Of a DNA stretch of 64,000 nucleotides, positions 1 to 15,400 are shown piece by piece (the first letter of the stretch is position 1; every line of letters begins with the position of its first letter). Source of the stretch: Proteromonas lacertae (Eukaryota); the NCBI GenBank assembly GCA_002245135.1, contig NGBS01000591.1:1-64000 (forward strand), read 5' to 3'. Made by a program: the position numbers and the translations under genes. Below the pieces are notes generated by a model that ran no database searches, had not been told where the DNA came from, and saw only the letters and a list, made by a program, of their open reading frames with translations.

Positions 1-1082
1 TAATAATAACATTAGACGGTAATATTTCAGGAATACCACCAACATTAGTTGAAACAGAGATTAATCCACAACTAACAGCTTCTAATAAAGCAATACAAAA
101 TGATTCAGTTAATGAACAATTTAAAAAAATATGTCCTCTTATCTATGCAATAATAATAATAATAAGTATAATAACAATATATACTAAAACATCTCTAACA
201 TGTGATTGTTCAATATCTCCTAATATTTCAACTCTCTCTTTCAAATTCTCTCTATCTCTCATCTCCAAAATGTCAATTAATTTTGGACCACTTCCTCCAA
301 TTATAAAGTAAATATTATTATATTTATTACATATTAACGGAACTACACGAACTAATAAATCAACTCCTTTTCTATATGCCATTCTACTCATTACAACTAT
401 GTTTATTTTATCTTTTGGATTGATTTTTGTAACATCTGGTGTGAATATTGATGTATCAACTGCATTTGGTATTATATAAATGTCTTCTGGTTTTAAACAC
501 CATCTTAATATCATATTATCTCTATGTACATAGCTCACACCAATATGTGATGTTATTAATGGTGAAAAATGTCGGTGAATTTTATCTAATAACATTGGAA
601 AGTATCTTCAAATTCTATTAGAGAATGATCTGAATAAACTACTTTAAGATTTAATATATATCCCATTACTGTTAATGTTAAACATAATAGAGATGTATAT
701 TGATGTATATGAATGATTTGGACTGATTCACTGGATGAGTATCTAAATCAAAATCACAATAATTAATATACATATCTTAAAAGAGGCATTTGAAAGAAAA
801 ATATTGGTATACTGACAGAGAAGAAATTGAACACTGGTAAATAATACACTTTCAAGCCATTTGTCATATACCTCACTCCTTTTCTTTCATCATATGCGCG
901 AGTAATAACAATTACCTATTTATAACAAATAGATCAATGTATTATTTGATATATACATACTTATTACCTAATTCTATTAAACCTTGTGCAATTGACCAAA
1001 TATGTGTTCTACACCACCATTATGAGGATAAAAGAATCACAACTATGGCTATACACAATTTATCTGAATTTTTTATCTCCAT
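1..1082 (-). CDS. PIGA: Phosphatidylinositol N-acetylglucosaminyltransferase subunit A (GPI-GlcNAc transferase); multi-exon, runs off window start
   Basis: N-terminus [34 protein letters not shown]; exon with [30 protein letters not shown]4 motif [35 protein letters not shown] at 15-125. Several indels in 600-1050 are probably assembly errors. Confidence 0.92.
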
Positions 1083-1154
1083 TGCTAAAAAACAGAAAGA
1101 ATAATTAGGTTTGATTCTCTGTCAAGCTTTTGTATTTTTGGAATTGATTTTCTC

Positions 1155-1848
1155 ATGTATGTTACAATATTTGGATCATCTGCGTATGGAACTATAGAAT
1201 ATTATATGTAATAGTCCAAAGAAGGTGATAAAGAATATGAAGAAGCATATGAAATAGGTAAAGAATTGGGATTGAATGGTTTTAGTATTGTATAGATTAT
1301 AAATTGATGTAATAATTGAAAAATAGAGAAATGGTGGATATTGTGGAACAATGGAAGCTTTATCAAAAGGAATTAAAGAAATAGGTAAAACAGAAGCAGA
1401 AGGAGTTATTTGTAGTCCAATGTTCAAATGGAGAGATGGCGGATTAGCAAATCCATATTGTACTAAAACAACAGATTCAACTTCTCTTTAAATAGAATAG
1501 AAAATTAATACAATCTTCAATGTATTTGATATTGCCTGGTTCTCTAGGCACTTTAGAGGAGTTTTTATGTGTTTTAACTAACGAATATGTTCGTCATGAT
1601 GAACATCCTACTCCTTGTATTGTAGCATATAGAAATCCTTGGGAAAAGGTGATTAAAGGATTAGCTGATTCTATTCCAGTATATTGTTATATAATATCAT
1701 TAATACTTTAGATGCCTGAACAAGTAATAAAATCAATCAAATATGTTGATAATGTATATATTTCTATAAATTATTCATTTATTATTTATTTATATAGATA
1801 TCTGAGATAATTACAATTTTTAATGATTATGTAAATTCGCAAAAGTAA
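1155..1848 (+). CDS. LOG/lysine-decarboxylase-like Rossmann-fold nucleotide-binding protein (about 4 short introns)
   Basis: Spliced translation MYVTIFGSS..EYEEAYEIGKELG..NGGYCGTMEALSKG..ANPY..LPGSLGTLEE matches the PGGxGTxxE LOG motif; needs homopolymer corrections near 1219 and 1487-1505. Confidence 0.8.
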
Positions 1849-2077
1849 TTGTTAGTATTATACACACCTATATTCATTTTCTAATTCTTTGCTTATTTTG
1901 ATATTAAATGGCCTATATTTACACATTTGAAATTAATTAATATAATTTTTATTACATTATTAAACATCAACCCCTAGGTAAGAAAATAGAAATCGAGGCT
2001 AACTTAAACAGACTTTACTCGTTAAAAAGAACTCACTTCTTTCTATTTTATTATTTTTACTTTTAAAACTTACACTT

Positions 2078-3035
2078 ATGTCAAACAGTGACATTGATCA
2101 AATATTTCAATCTATTTCGAAGCAGAATATATCAATTAGTGAAGATAATCAACTCCTTCATCTAATCTGTCATAATATTCTTAAGAAGGCGGGATATAGA
2201 TGTATATATGAAGAACCATCTACAATACCCGGATTTGCACCGGCAATAAAGCCAATTCCCAGTGATTGTTTTGTTCCTCCAAATTGGATTCCTCAAGAGT
2301 TACAATTTAGATATACGCATTACAGGAATGCATCGTTCAAATATGAATTATTGGTATACATTTAGAATTATATAATCATAGACATTCTTAGAAGATGAAA
2401 AGAATGCTACAATAACAATAATTATTGAACCAATTAATAGAAATCATTCAATTCAAATATGCTTATATGAATATTTTGATGATTCAAAGCCGATAAATGA
2501 AAGAATAATAAATCCTTCAGAATTAATTGATAAAATAACTCATTTTATATCACAAATACCACAAATAGAAAACGATCCTAAAGAGTTAGGTCCAAAACCT
2601 CAATTACCACATTATGATACTTCCCATTTACCAAAACCACAAAATCCAATAAATTTACAGCAAAACATACATAATGATGATGCTACAACTCACAATCCAT
2701 CATTAATCAATCCACAAATCAATCCATACAGTGGAAGGTATGATTTTGTTGATACACATCACAGTCATCCTTTTGGAGGTGATTTCAATGGAGATATAAA
2801 CCCATTTAGTAATGGACCGATGGGTAACATGATGGGACCTAATTATTTCCAACAACCACCCAATTTACCTGATGGTGTTCCTCCAAATGCTAGATTTGAC
2901 CCGTTTGATCCATTACATCCAAAAGGTCCATTTCCAAAGAAGGGAAAACCAAACATGTTTGGTGTACCAGATCCTGATCATTTGAAACCACCACAAGGAG
3001 GGCCTAATGATAATGATTTTGGATTTGGTTTTTAA
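2078..3035 (+). CDS. PSMF1: Proteasome inhibitor PI31-like protein (one short intron near 2355-2382)
   Basis: N-terminal FP-like domain (ICH..L..GY..VPPNW..FRYTH) and Pro-rich C-terminus with VPPNARFDPFDP and PDPDHLKPP. Confidence 0.85.
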
Positions 3036-3060
3036 ATGTGTTTTTTGTTTATTCTTTTGT

Positions 3061-3063
<3 letters not shown>

Positions 3064-3092
<29 letters not shown>
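3064..3092. repeat. (TA)n microsatellite
   Basis: Direct read of the sequence. Confidence 0.95.
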
Positions 3093-3094
<2 letters not shown>

Positions 3095-3172
3095 AGTTTT
3101 ATTTTTGTTAGTGTTTGTTTTTAAAATACTCAAAAAACAGAATAACAATAAATTAAAAAAAATAAAAACTCA

Positions 3173-4315
3173 TTATTCATAATAATCATTACCATCTTCA
3201 CCATAATATTCTTCTAAATCATTCATCTCTTTATCACTTCCACAATTTCCATCATCTGAATTATCCATTTCATTATCCATATATTCATCATCATCATATT
3301 CCATTCCTTTGTTATTACTATTATCATCACTTTCTTCATCAGGATAATCATTCTCAGAGTTATTCTCATCTTCACTGTCTTTTTCATCATCATTTTCATC
3401 CTCTTTATCTTCATTATAACTGAAATCTAATAGTTCATTATATAATTCATCATTATTGAGATCTTCTTCTGGAACTTCATCTGTTTTTATATAATAATCA
3501 TAAACTACATCACTTTGATTATCATACATATTCAACTCATCTTTTGTATCATCTTCATTTATTAATTCCATTAACACTTCTATCAAATGATAATATTCTG
3601 GAGAATCAGGATGCATTGGTTTGTATATTCTATTGACAATATCTATAGCATTTTCATTTTCAAAATTTCTTATCTAAAACACAGTATATAAACATAAAAA
3701 ATAAATATACATTTGCTTTTGCTCCAAGATTTCTAAGTCTTTCCATCATTTCCATATTACCTGCAGCACATGCAGCCATAAATGCAGTAACACCATCAGC
3801 AAGAGGACGTTGAAAATTAATATCTATTCCCATTGAAACTGCTCTAAATATATCATCATATAAGTTTGAATTAAATGCATCATATATTGCTTTATCCATT
3901 ATTCTTTCAGCTGGAGATAATATTGGAGTTGCTACTGATTTCATTGGCACACCATTACATGTAACTTTTGAAGGATGTTGTCTAAATACTGTAAATCAAA
4001 TTTATAATATACGGTATTTTTATATTAACTATTTTAATTCGTTTTGATGATGTATTTTCATTATCTTTTTCTTCTCCTTTTTGTATGAAATGTGATAAAA
4101 GGGTTGATTCTATTTCTTCTTTACTACAAGATGCTGGTATAGATTCAATGTGCTTATATATTACTCTACAATATTATATTCTATATATACAGTTTTCTCT
4201 TCTTTGGCAATTCTAAATCACTTACATCAATCTTTAATTTCTTATTTGCATTCACATATAGACTATCTTTAAACGTATCTGATGCTTTTCTTTTCACACA
4301 CAACACAGTTGTCAT
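3173..4315 (-). CDS. IWR1/SLC7A6OS-like RNA Pol II nuclear import factor with an internal ankyrin repeat (multi-exon)
   Basis: N-terminal VLCVKRK, central ankyrin-like GIDINFQRPLADGVTAFMAACAAGNMEMMERLRNLGA, and C-terminal VVYDYY and DSEDENNSENDYPDEE in an acidic tail. Confidence 0.65.
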
Positions 4316-4392
4316 TGAATTAGTCAAAATACAATTTAAATAAGCTTGATTTGTGATAAAGTTTGATAAAGCTTGGCGCGAAATAATTGAAA

Positions 4393-7211
4393 ATGGAAGC
4401 TTCATCAATCAAGTTTATTTTTGCTCATTCATTCCCATGTGATTGTAGTTATACTAAAGATGGATCGAGTGTTGTGACTTGTGGAAGTGATTGTTCAGTA
4501 TTTTCTCAATTTTCATTAATTAGGTTGCTTTATATGATTCGGAAGGAAAACATAAATTACTTTTATCTCTAGAAGATGAAGAAATTAATTGTTGTACGCT
4601 TAACGATTCTGGTTTAAGATTATACTTAGGAACTGATACTCACTCTGTTATTAGTTATTCATTTCCAGAAGCTAGTGAAAAGAATACAATATATACATTA
4701 CAGCAGCCTATCAGATGTTTAGCTTTGACGAAAGATGAGAAATTACTGTATATATTCCGAATATATTACATCTATATAGAGCTGTTGGATCTGACAACTC
4801 AGCAATAATGCTTGTAATCCCATTTGGATCAAAATGTGGTGAATTAAGAGGACATGCAAAACCAGTCACTTCTTTATCCTTCAATAAGACAGATGAGTAT
4901 TTAGTAAGTACAAGTGCAGATGGTAATATCAAAATATGGGATATCAAATCAAAAACTTGTTGTAAAACATTCACACAATATGCTCCAGTAGTTGGAATAG
5001 CCAATGAATACAAAGGTCAATGTAGTTGGAGTAATAACAACAAATACTTAGCAATTCCAAAACATAATGATATAGCTATAATAGAATATAAGACATGGAA
5101 TGAATTGTTTGTATTGTCTGAATCTGCTAATGAGAATATTGATATTGTTGCATTCAGTCCAAATGATTTGTATCTATTGAGTAGTAGTTGTAATTCTACA
5201 ATATGTGTATGGGATGTGGAGAATAAAAAGTGTATTAAAACTGAAGATATTGATGCTAAAAGATGCTGTCAAATACAATGGAATAAAAGTATATTTATTT
5301 ATTTATTATAAATAGAAGCAAATGAAGCTGTAGTAATGGATATTGATGGACAATATGGAATATATAAGAATATAATCAATGATAATTTACCATCTCCATT
5401 TTTAGAACAAACAAATCTAAAACCAAAACCATCTTCAGAAAAGTTGAATAAACTGAAGAAAGGAAGTGAATTGAAAGAGAAATATATTGAAGACGAAGCA
5501 TTAGAAGATGAAGATATACCTGATGATATAGAAGGAGAAACTAATAATAATAACAATAATGTAAATGTAAATGATGATGATGATGATGATATAGGACCAT
5601 TAGAAGAAGATGATAATAATGAAGGAAGTAAGAATAAATCATTTAAAAAGTCAATGTCCAAAAAAGTAGATAAACAAAATGATAATGATATTGAAGATGA
5701 AGATGATGAATTAATTGATGATTTGGATTTAGTTGAAGCAAAAGAAAGAGAATTAGAAAAGAAAGGTGAATTATATGATGATGAAGATAATGCTAATGGA
5801 AATGCAGTGATTTTGAATTGTGATAATATGATGACAGCCATGCAAAGACCATTCCAACCATCATCCACTCCAGTTGAAGAGAATAGAAGATATTTATGTT
5901 GGAATTACACTGGTTGTATTATTACAAGAAAAGAAGAGAAAAAAAATTCAATTTCAGTAACATTTAATGATGTTTATAAACATAAGAACTTTACAATCAG
6001 TGAAACTGAAGGATATTCATATGGAACATTAACAGACAATTCAGCATTCTTTGCTACATCAGGAAGAACAGATTTTGATGAATTATCGCATAAAAGAAAA
6101 CCAATTTCATTGTATTTTAGACCATTGAATAGTACTACAGATGAATGGTATGCTGTATTGAATCCAGATGAAGAAACTATCTGTATTGCTGCTGGTAATA
6201 AGTGGTGTGCTGTTGCAGTAAATCATAATGGATCTTCTATTATTAGATTCTTTACACATACTGGTTTACAATTAATACCTATATTATCACCTGGTAGTAT
6301 AATCTCAATGGTTGGTTATGATTCACAATTATTCATTATATATCATTCAAGTTTACCAACTGGAGGAGCACAGAATATATCTTATCAATTAATAGATGTA
6401 AATACAAATTATAAAATAGCAGAAGGAAGTTTGAATTGCTCTAAAACTACAATTGAATGGATTGGTTTTTCGACTATTGGATATCCTGTTTATTATACTT
6501 CAAATGGATTATTATGTACTTTAGTAACTTCTTATGGCTATCAATGGGTTCCAATCCTAGATACAAATGATGAGAATTGTTGTAAGACTGCTAGTATAAC
6601 TTTGTTATTTGTTATTATTAGAATTAACACATTGGCTGGTTAGTGTAACTGAAGATAAATGTTTATGCGCTGTTTTACATGCTACTGCGTTATTCCCAAG
6701 AACATTAAAACCACCAGTCTTATCAACAATTCTATTACATGTTCCATTATTGATATCAAGTTCAACTGCAGAGGCTGATCAAGGATATATACAGAAATTA
6801 ATACTTTTGAAACATGTATATTTTTATTTTTAATATATTATTTACTAGTATCAATTAATAAAAAGATTAGGTGGATTTGTGGATGATGAAACAATGAATT
6901 CATTATGTAAAAAGATAGATAAAGATTTATTAGTGCATTTGGTTGAAGCATTAAATTCTGAAAAGATTGAGAGATGTAGAGATGTTTCTAATCATTTTAC
7001 TACAGAAAAATCATTTGAAATTGCTAATAGTCTTGCTATGAAAGGACAATTAACATCTCTAGCTGAAGAATTAGATGAACATCGAAAAATATTTAATAAA
7101 TATGAAGGTTTGGATTTTATACCTGAAGTTAATGAGTGTATTCCTGATATTGCTCAAAAGAGAAAATTAGAGGAGAGTGATAGTTTAAATACTAAAAATA
7201 AGAGAAGGTAA
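4393..7211 (+). CDS. WDHD1: WD40 + SepB-domain replisome factor AND-1/Ctf4 (multi-exon)
   Basis: N-terminal WD40 repeats (GHAKPVTSLSF..LVSTSADGNIKIWD), acidic linker, RPFQPSSTP..RRYLCWN..GCI and later IEWIGFS..GYP..WVPILD SepB motifs. Confidence 0.9.
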
Positions 7212-7248
7212 TTTATTATTATTTATTTACAATTAACTAACATACAAA

Positions 7249-7956
7249 TTAACAACATTTCTTTTTTTCAGGTTGTTTTTCTTCTTTTATTGTTACTGAT
7301 TCATGACTTAGTTTTTCTTTTTTCTCTTTGTATTGGGAACTATGAAGTATTTGACTTGCAATCTCGGTAAATACATCATCTACTTTCCAACCTGTTTTAG
7401 CACTTGTTTCTATATATTTTAAGTTGAATTTCTTTGCCAAATCAATTCCTTCTTGTTCACTTACAACCTATTTAATAATTTAACAATAGAATACTCTCTC
7501 TTTTTCTAAATCATGTTTATTTCCTACTAGAATCATTGCTATATTTATATCTGTTTCTTTATAAATCTCTGGAACCCATTGGTTAATATGATCAAAGGAA
7601 GTTCTCAATGTTATATCATACATTAAAACAACACCATTACTTCCTTTATAATATGCTTTTGTTATTGAACGAAACTTTTCTTGACCAGCTGTATCCCATA
7701 TCTAACAATATATCTAATTGAAATACTTGAAGAGAAACATCTTCACCATCTACAGTGAATCTTCTTGTTTCATAGTCAATTCCAAGAGTCGCAATATAAT
7801 TCTGTTCAAATGTTGATCTGGTGAAATATCTAGTCACACTCGTCTTTCCAACAGCTAAATACAATAAAAATCAAGAGTAAGAATACCAGCATCTCCTAAA
7901 ACCAACAATTTAATTTTATTAGTTTTAGGTATATATGGATTATCCCTTCTACTCAT
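7249..7956 (-). CDS. Rab family small GTPase (3 short introns)
   Basis: KLLVLGDAAVGKTS, TLGIDY, WDTAGQEKFRS, LVGNKHDL, ETSAKTG, C-terminal CC prenylation motif. Confidence 0.95.
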
Positions 7957-8075
7957 CTGGTTCTTTAAATATTTCAAATTTTAAATAAATACAGTGTATT
8001 ATTAAAATACATAGTATTAATTATGTTTAAACAAAAAACACTCAAAATATTAATAATTACGAGTAATAATATGAT

Positions 8076-11000
8076 TTACCTTAATCTGGAAGGAGCTGTG
8101 TTTTTTCTCTTTGCTATTATCACTTTTTTCTGTTTATCTGATGAAGATTGCTTTGATACTGCTTCTGTTATCTATTTATTATATATGGGATTATAAATAT
8201 TAATACTCTTAATTGGCTTATTACATAATCAACATCTTTTTGTTTATCTTGCAAATACTTCAATGATTTATGTTGAAGATTCTTTCCTTCAATCAATGTT
8301 TTTGTTTTTGAATTTATCAAATCAATAGGAATACTTAAATCTTTATACAATCTTGGTGTTTTGTCTAAGCTTAACTTCAAATCAGCTAGTTTCTGCTGAA
8401 TAACTCTTATAAGCAAATCTTTCTCATTTTCTACTTCTTCTATATTATTGTTATTGTTGTTATTATTTGGTTCTTTAGGAAGTTGAACAGTTTCAGTTTT
8501 AGCTACAAATGTCTTTGTAAATCTCTGTGGAGGTGTTAATGATATATCTGATCTAGGAGTACTTAATGGAGGTTGAATTCTCTATTAAATAATAACAAAA
8601 ATAATGAATTAAAAATACAGAAATCATTGCTGCTGGAGCTGTTTTCTTTCTCGCTTGTAAGATTTGTTTTGGATTTAAAGGATTTGCTTTTGTTGTGTCT
8701 TTTCCTATACTTGTTTTTGGCTTACTTGGAACAACATGAGATATTGGAGCTGATAATCGTTTTATTTGTTGTGTTAGATTCTGTAATATTTTGTATCTCT
8801 CCTGTAATTCTTCTATTGTTTTTGTATTTAGATTATTCCCTTTTATCAAATCTTTTGTTCTTGTGTTAATCAATAAGGGCGATATTCTTAATTTGTTATA
8901 CATACCAACATCATGATCGTGTATATTCCATACAATTTCAAGAAGTTCTTTTATGTGTTTTATTAATTCAAATTTCTTTAGTGAACTATCTGTTGGATCA
9001 TTAATGATCTTTGTTGGTTTTACTGATGGAATATGTGGTTTATTTGATTCTAATATCTTTTGCTTATTCTCATTTTTATCTTTAACTGGTGATTCTGTTA
9101 AATTTGAATGATTATTTAATAGAATCTAGATGTAAAGATTAAATACTATTCTATATACTATTAATTGTGACATTAATCCTAACACTGATCTATACAAACT
9201 CTTTAATTTTGGTAATGTTAATAATGTATAATTCTTATTCTCAATTATCCTTCCAGTTATTCTATCAATTAGTATTTGATCTATCAACAGTTTTGGTAAT
9301 AAAGATATATATGTATTTATCATATTGTTGATATATAATCTATTAGCAGAATAGTAATATTAGTTAGTTTATACAATGCTATTGGTATTTTTGATTCTAA
9401 TACTTTTCGACTCTATAAAGAACAATAGAAAAATAGAAATACATGTTGTTCATAATAAGATGTTTCACAAGTCTATAAAAAATAAATAAAATGATTGAAT
9501 CTATATACCATTATCTTATTAACAACTTCTTTTGTTTCATTCCACATATTCTCAAGCTTTTCTTTATCTTGTTTCTCGATTGTCAACTTTGATATTTGTT
9601 TTATGATTTGTGGATTATAATTAACTAATTTTCTTTCTAAATGATCATCAACATCAAACATTGAGAGTATATAAGATCTATTCAGCGAATAAAAATATAT
9701 ATTTATACAAATTGTATTTAATGATAGTATGATATTTCTTCTCTTCTTCAGATGGTAGATATTCTGGTTCTTCTATCTTTTCACCTTCATCTACATTACC
9801 TTCATCATCTATATGAGTATTATCAAGTGCTATAACTGGTTCATCATTCTCTTTTCTTTTATTCTTTTTTTCTTTCATTGTTATACAAATCACTAGTCTA
9901 TTTGCTTCATCTATTACTCTGTCATAATCTGATAAAGGATGTTTTGCTGAATTATCATTAACAAGTTCATTCATTTCTTCTGATAATTCATTATTCTCCC
10001 CAATCTCCGATGAATGTAAATCACTATAATATTTAATCATCATAATAAATATACAATGACATTAATAGTGACTTTATCTTTGATAGTTTTTGATCTCTTT
10101 CATTACAATACATGTTAATATATTCTTCATATTTCTTTGCTCTGTTTAAATACTTCTTATATTCAGTATCGCTAATACTACCTTCATCCAATTGGTTGAT
10201 ACACTTCTTTATTATTGATAGTAGAGGATAGTGTGGATATTGATCAACATAATTAGTAAATCTCATTAGTAATTCTTTGTGATCTGGATCTGCATCACTT
10301 TGATTGCTTTCTTCCCTATTTATCGGAGTTTTGAACAGTGATTTCTTCTTTTGAGATACGGCAACATCAATTCTCTTTGGTTTTAGTTTTGATTCACTGA
10401 ATTCTTCGATTGGTTTTTCTTCATCAAAACGAGGTGAAGGTATTGATTTATTGGCTATTAAATTGTAATATTTATTCTTTTCTTCTTGAAATTCTTCTTC
10501 TATGCTATTTAAATCATCAATTACTTTATTATTTGTTACAATTTCACTTACTAATTTATTCAATATTGAGTATATATATTCTAAACAGTCTTGTTTTTCT
10601 ACTGAATCTGGTTCATTCTCTAAATTTGTCTTGAAATTGTTTCTATACATAAAATAATCACAATAATTATATAAAATACATTTCCTTTTCTAAATCATAC
10701 TGTTTATTATCAAATTCTATATCTGTTTCATTGTAGTTTTCTATCATTTCTAATAATCTCTTCATTTTATCTAGTCTAACATTATAATAATCATCAGCTA
10801 TTTCTTCTTTTGTCATTTCTTCAGATTCGCTTATAATCACTATTGATTCATCAGTTACTGAATATTTTGATTTTGATTTCATTACATTCTTATAATAACT
10901 ATTACCTAAACTTATTACATACTCACTTCTATTATCATAATTCACGCTTTTATTGTTTTTCATATCATTCTTCATATATTCTTGAACTGTATCATATATC

Positions 11001-12200
11001 AATGAAATATTACTTCCTCCACCAATTAAATACACTTCACCTGTTCTTTTATCTCTCAAATTAATTTTACTTTCTGTTATTGATTGTGATATTAGGTGAA
11101 TAATATTATTTAATATTTTATTCTTTTCAAATATCTCACTTAATTCATTTAATGTGAATTCTGTAATATAATCATCTTCTCCATAATCAATAACTATATC
11201 AACTTTCTCAATACCTTTACATAATAATTCTCTAACTTTAGCTATTTCATTCTTCAATTTCATATATAATCTGTCATTAATATCTTCAATATTTAATCCA
11301 AGTTTTTCTATAACAACTTCTAACATATATTGTTCTATTATTCTCACTCCTAATCCTCTATTATATACATAACTAAGTATTTGACATTCATTATCTTTAT
11401 ATTTCATTACAGCACTACTTGAACAAATAAATCCTACATCTACTACAACATATGTACAATCCTCTTCAAATAAATCATTTGTATAGCCATAATAAGTTGC
11501 ATAACTCATATATTCTGGTAATATTTCAATCACATTAAAACCAATAAGTGTATATAATTGTTTAATATACTCAGTTTGTGATTCTGTATAGTATAATGGA
11601 TACTATATGAGAAAAATATATTATTATAATATTAAAATATACAGAAAAAATAATATCATTACTCTCATATAAGTAATGTGCATGAAGATATTTCATTAAA
11701 AGAATAAACAACAAATCTATTGGCAAATATCCTCTGTTTGTAATATCTGATACATATGGTGTATTAGCCTATATATAAACAATTGCAATGAGTGATTAAG
11801 TATATATACATGAAAGTATAGCATATTGTTGTTAATTTCAATCTTTACAGGTTTATATTTCCATAATTCTGAATCTATTTGATGATTATCCGGCAAATAA
11901 CAACCTAAGTACTCTTTTAATTCGTTAATAAAGGATGAACATGAATGAATAGACTATCAAATATATAATTCAGTTATACATATGGTGTTGCTGATTTACA
12001 ATACTTAAAACACTTTTTATACCACACAAGACATACACTAAAATGTTATACACTATGCAATACGGATTATTTCCTTCATCAGTTTCGTTCTTAAGAATAA
12101 TTGGGTCATTCTTTCCTTCATTCAATGACAATACTATAGAATTACCTCCAAAATCAATTCCATATGTGCCTATAAACGTTACTAGAAGTTTAATACTCAT
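8076..12200 (-). CDS. Large multi-exon protein: divergent Hsp70/Hsp110-like ATPase domain followed by YPHYP-type and LYxxLxIP-type helical repeats
   Basis: After a 27-nt intron the start reads MSTYGIDFGGNSIV; then VVVDVGFICSS and EVYLIGGGSNI. Exons 10667, 10033, 9678, 9473, 9126, 8553 and 8168 are separated by short GT..AG gaps; ends ..PSRLR*. Single-gene model inferred. Confidence 0.6.
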
Positions 12201-12453
12201 TATGAATTTTCTACTCTTTTTATTTTCTTTTGTAGGTATATGTGTATAAACTTAAAATTGTGGAATATTTCTAAATCTCACTAACCTAATAGTTTTGAAG
12301 AAAATTGATAAAGCTTGAATTACCTCAAATCAAGAATTTAAACTGTGAAAAAGCAACAGATAGTGTAGTTTTACCCAAATATTTAAATTTAACGGAAGAT
12401 AATACATCGAATACTTTAATCTGAATAAATTACTATCTAATTTCATTTCAAAC

Positions 12454-15400
12454 ATGTTTAATACCAGTAGAAGCGAAATCTCTTTATTATCGCCAAGGTA
12501 TAGTTATATGAAATGATTATAATTAAATAAAAATAGTTCTACAAGATCTTTTAAAAGTAGTAGAGGTAGATCATCTTCAAAAGGAAGAAGTCCTGTTAAA
12601 TCGTATTTATATTATTGTTTTATTATAATTAGAAGTACAAATAAAGTGGTTCAATACACAGAAAATGATATAGAACGGATTAAAGAGAAATTAGAAATAA
12701 ATGTTCAGTTATATCCTCATTATCCAGGTTGTAGAGTCATAAATATGTGTTTTGAAGAAATTTCTAAAGAATCAATAGGTAATGACAATATTGACAAAAT
12801 CTACTTGAAGTTACAGAGATTAGGACAAGATTTCGATAAATATATAGATGTATATAATAAACAAAGAAGTGAATGTATATCAGCGTTGGAAGATTTAGTG
12901 TATAGAAGAAGAAAACTATATTTTAATAGATTAACATATAAACAGAAGATAGAGAAATTTCCATACTTGGATACAAATCAAAACGATTTATTACTATCAC
13001 AAATACAAAGATTAGCAAAAGATCCAGTATCTCAAACACCAATAAGTGAATATAATACATCAATAAATAAATTATCAATTGCAATTGGAAAATTAAAGTA
13101 TGAATTCTATTTTTCTTTTATTTTTTTTGTTTATTAGACCATTACCTGAACCAAAAGCTCCAACCAATCCAATAACAAATGATCAAGCAATGAATTTACA
13201 ATACTTAGAAAATCAATTAATAGATTATATGTACCAATATCCTCATTATGAAGATATACCACGAATAGAGAGTTATATTGAAGAAGTAAAGAATTTGAAT
13301 ATTGGTACTGATTTATATGGTTCAATATATAATCAATTAAATCAATATTATCATCGATTTGAGAAATATGTTGAAAGATATTTACAAGATAGAAAACAGT
13401 TGATTATTCATTTACAATCTTTATTGTATATATATATATATATATATATTATTATTAAATTTATAGAAGGAAATATCATAGTAGATTTCATTATTATCAT
13501 TTAACTCCTAATAAATCATATACTGAGAAGATATTAAGAATAGAAAACCTAATACATGATACTTCAATCAATTCACCAATAACAGATTATCAAAGTGCAA
13601 TTCAGGAAATAACTGAAATGATTCATTCAATGTCACCATCTAAAGCAGATCCTGTTACTCCAAAAGATATATTTGAAAAGACTGGAGTAATGATGTCAAT
13701 GAATTCTTCATTTTCACCGTATTTAATTACTGTTTTTGTATTCATATATTGTATATAGAAGTTTGACTAAAGTGAAAGAAGATAAATTAATGGAATTAAA
13801 ATCAAAACTATCTGATTTTATGCTGAGATATCCTCATTATCCAAATGTTAATTCAATTATATCTTATATATCGTTATTATCATCAAATGTTATACCAAAT
13901 CAAGAATATGATTCTATATATAGAAATTTAGAAAGTCTAATTCAAGAATATAGAGTATAGATTGTATTTTTTTAAAACAATTAGATATATATTCACAATT
14001 ATATTGAAGTAAAAACAGCCAAAATTGCTGAATTAAAATCTCTTTTAAGTGATTATAATGATAAAATTAGAAAGACTCATACAAATCCTTCTGTTCATCA
14101 ATCTCTCATTGATGATGTATTGTTATTAATTCACAATGACACTATCAATTATTCTATTGAGAATTATAATCATGTTATATCTAAAATAATGACTGTTAAT
14201 AACACATTAGATTCAAATATACCTGAATCAGAGAGATTTATACATGAAAGACAAATATCATATGTATTTATGTTCATTTATATTTATTATTATGTTTAGA
14301 GTCGTTATAATGATTTTAGAAAACCATTAGAAATTGCAGATAATCCATTTGGTAAATTATCAACAAAGTTTTCTAATAGAATGGATCCTACTCATGTTGT
14401 GTATAATAATAATAATATAAATTATTGTTTTTATTAAAATCTAATTGAATAGTATCACTACAAATAATAATAAACCATTGCAGAGAAACCACAGTTTTTC
14501 AACATCAACATCAACATCAATATCATCAACAACAAAATCTCCAATCAAAGTACAAAGATCTGAGAATGGTAAACCAATAAAAATGGAAGAAGAAGAAGAG
14601 TATAAATCTGAATTAACTCCAAATACATCATTAAACTCAATACAAAAGAAGAAATATGAAAATCCAGTATTAAAAGATAAACTTGTAAATGAACTAAAAC
14701 AGAAATTATTCTTTATTCACGATATAACTGATACTAATAGGAAATTATACAATCGATTAAGAATACCAACATCAGTATTCAATCCACAAACACTCTATTT
14801 AATTCGTGGTACAAATCTATATGGCAAAACAATAAAAGAATTAAGAGAAAGAATAAGAGGAGCGGATGATATTATTGAACAAATAAAGAAAATAAAAGTC
14901 ACTCCACCTGAAGGAGATAGTAAAAAACAATCAAATATATTTTCACCAATTATGAATAACAGTAGAAAATCATTGAAAACTTCACCATCTAATAAAGACA
15001 GTAATAATAATATTAGTCTATTATCCAAAAGAAAAAATACATCACCCACTGTAACTCTTAAGACTGAAGATTTACTTCAAGAAAAACAAGATAATGAAAT
15101 AAATGAAAGTGAATTAAAACCATCCAATATGTTTGGTACTATTCCTGAACTTAGTGATAGAGATAAATTAATAAAACAATGCAGACAAAACTTAGCGTAT
15201 ATTCATTCAATGACAGATTCAGATTCACGATTATATAATAGATTGGCTATACCATATTTAATAATTAGTAAGATTACAGCCAAAGTAATAAGAGGAAGAA
15301 CTTTAGAGAATCAAACAAATATGAAATTGAATGATATATACTATGATACATTTGATGTTATTAAACAGATATTAGTATATATATATATATATATTGTTGA

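Noticed and set aside
5299..5868. Long antisense ORF (also 3223, 4711, 8573, 14795, 27197, 40225, 53808)
   Set aside because: Shadow frames of real genes on low-complexity sequence.
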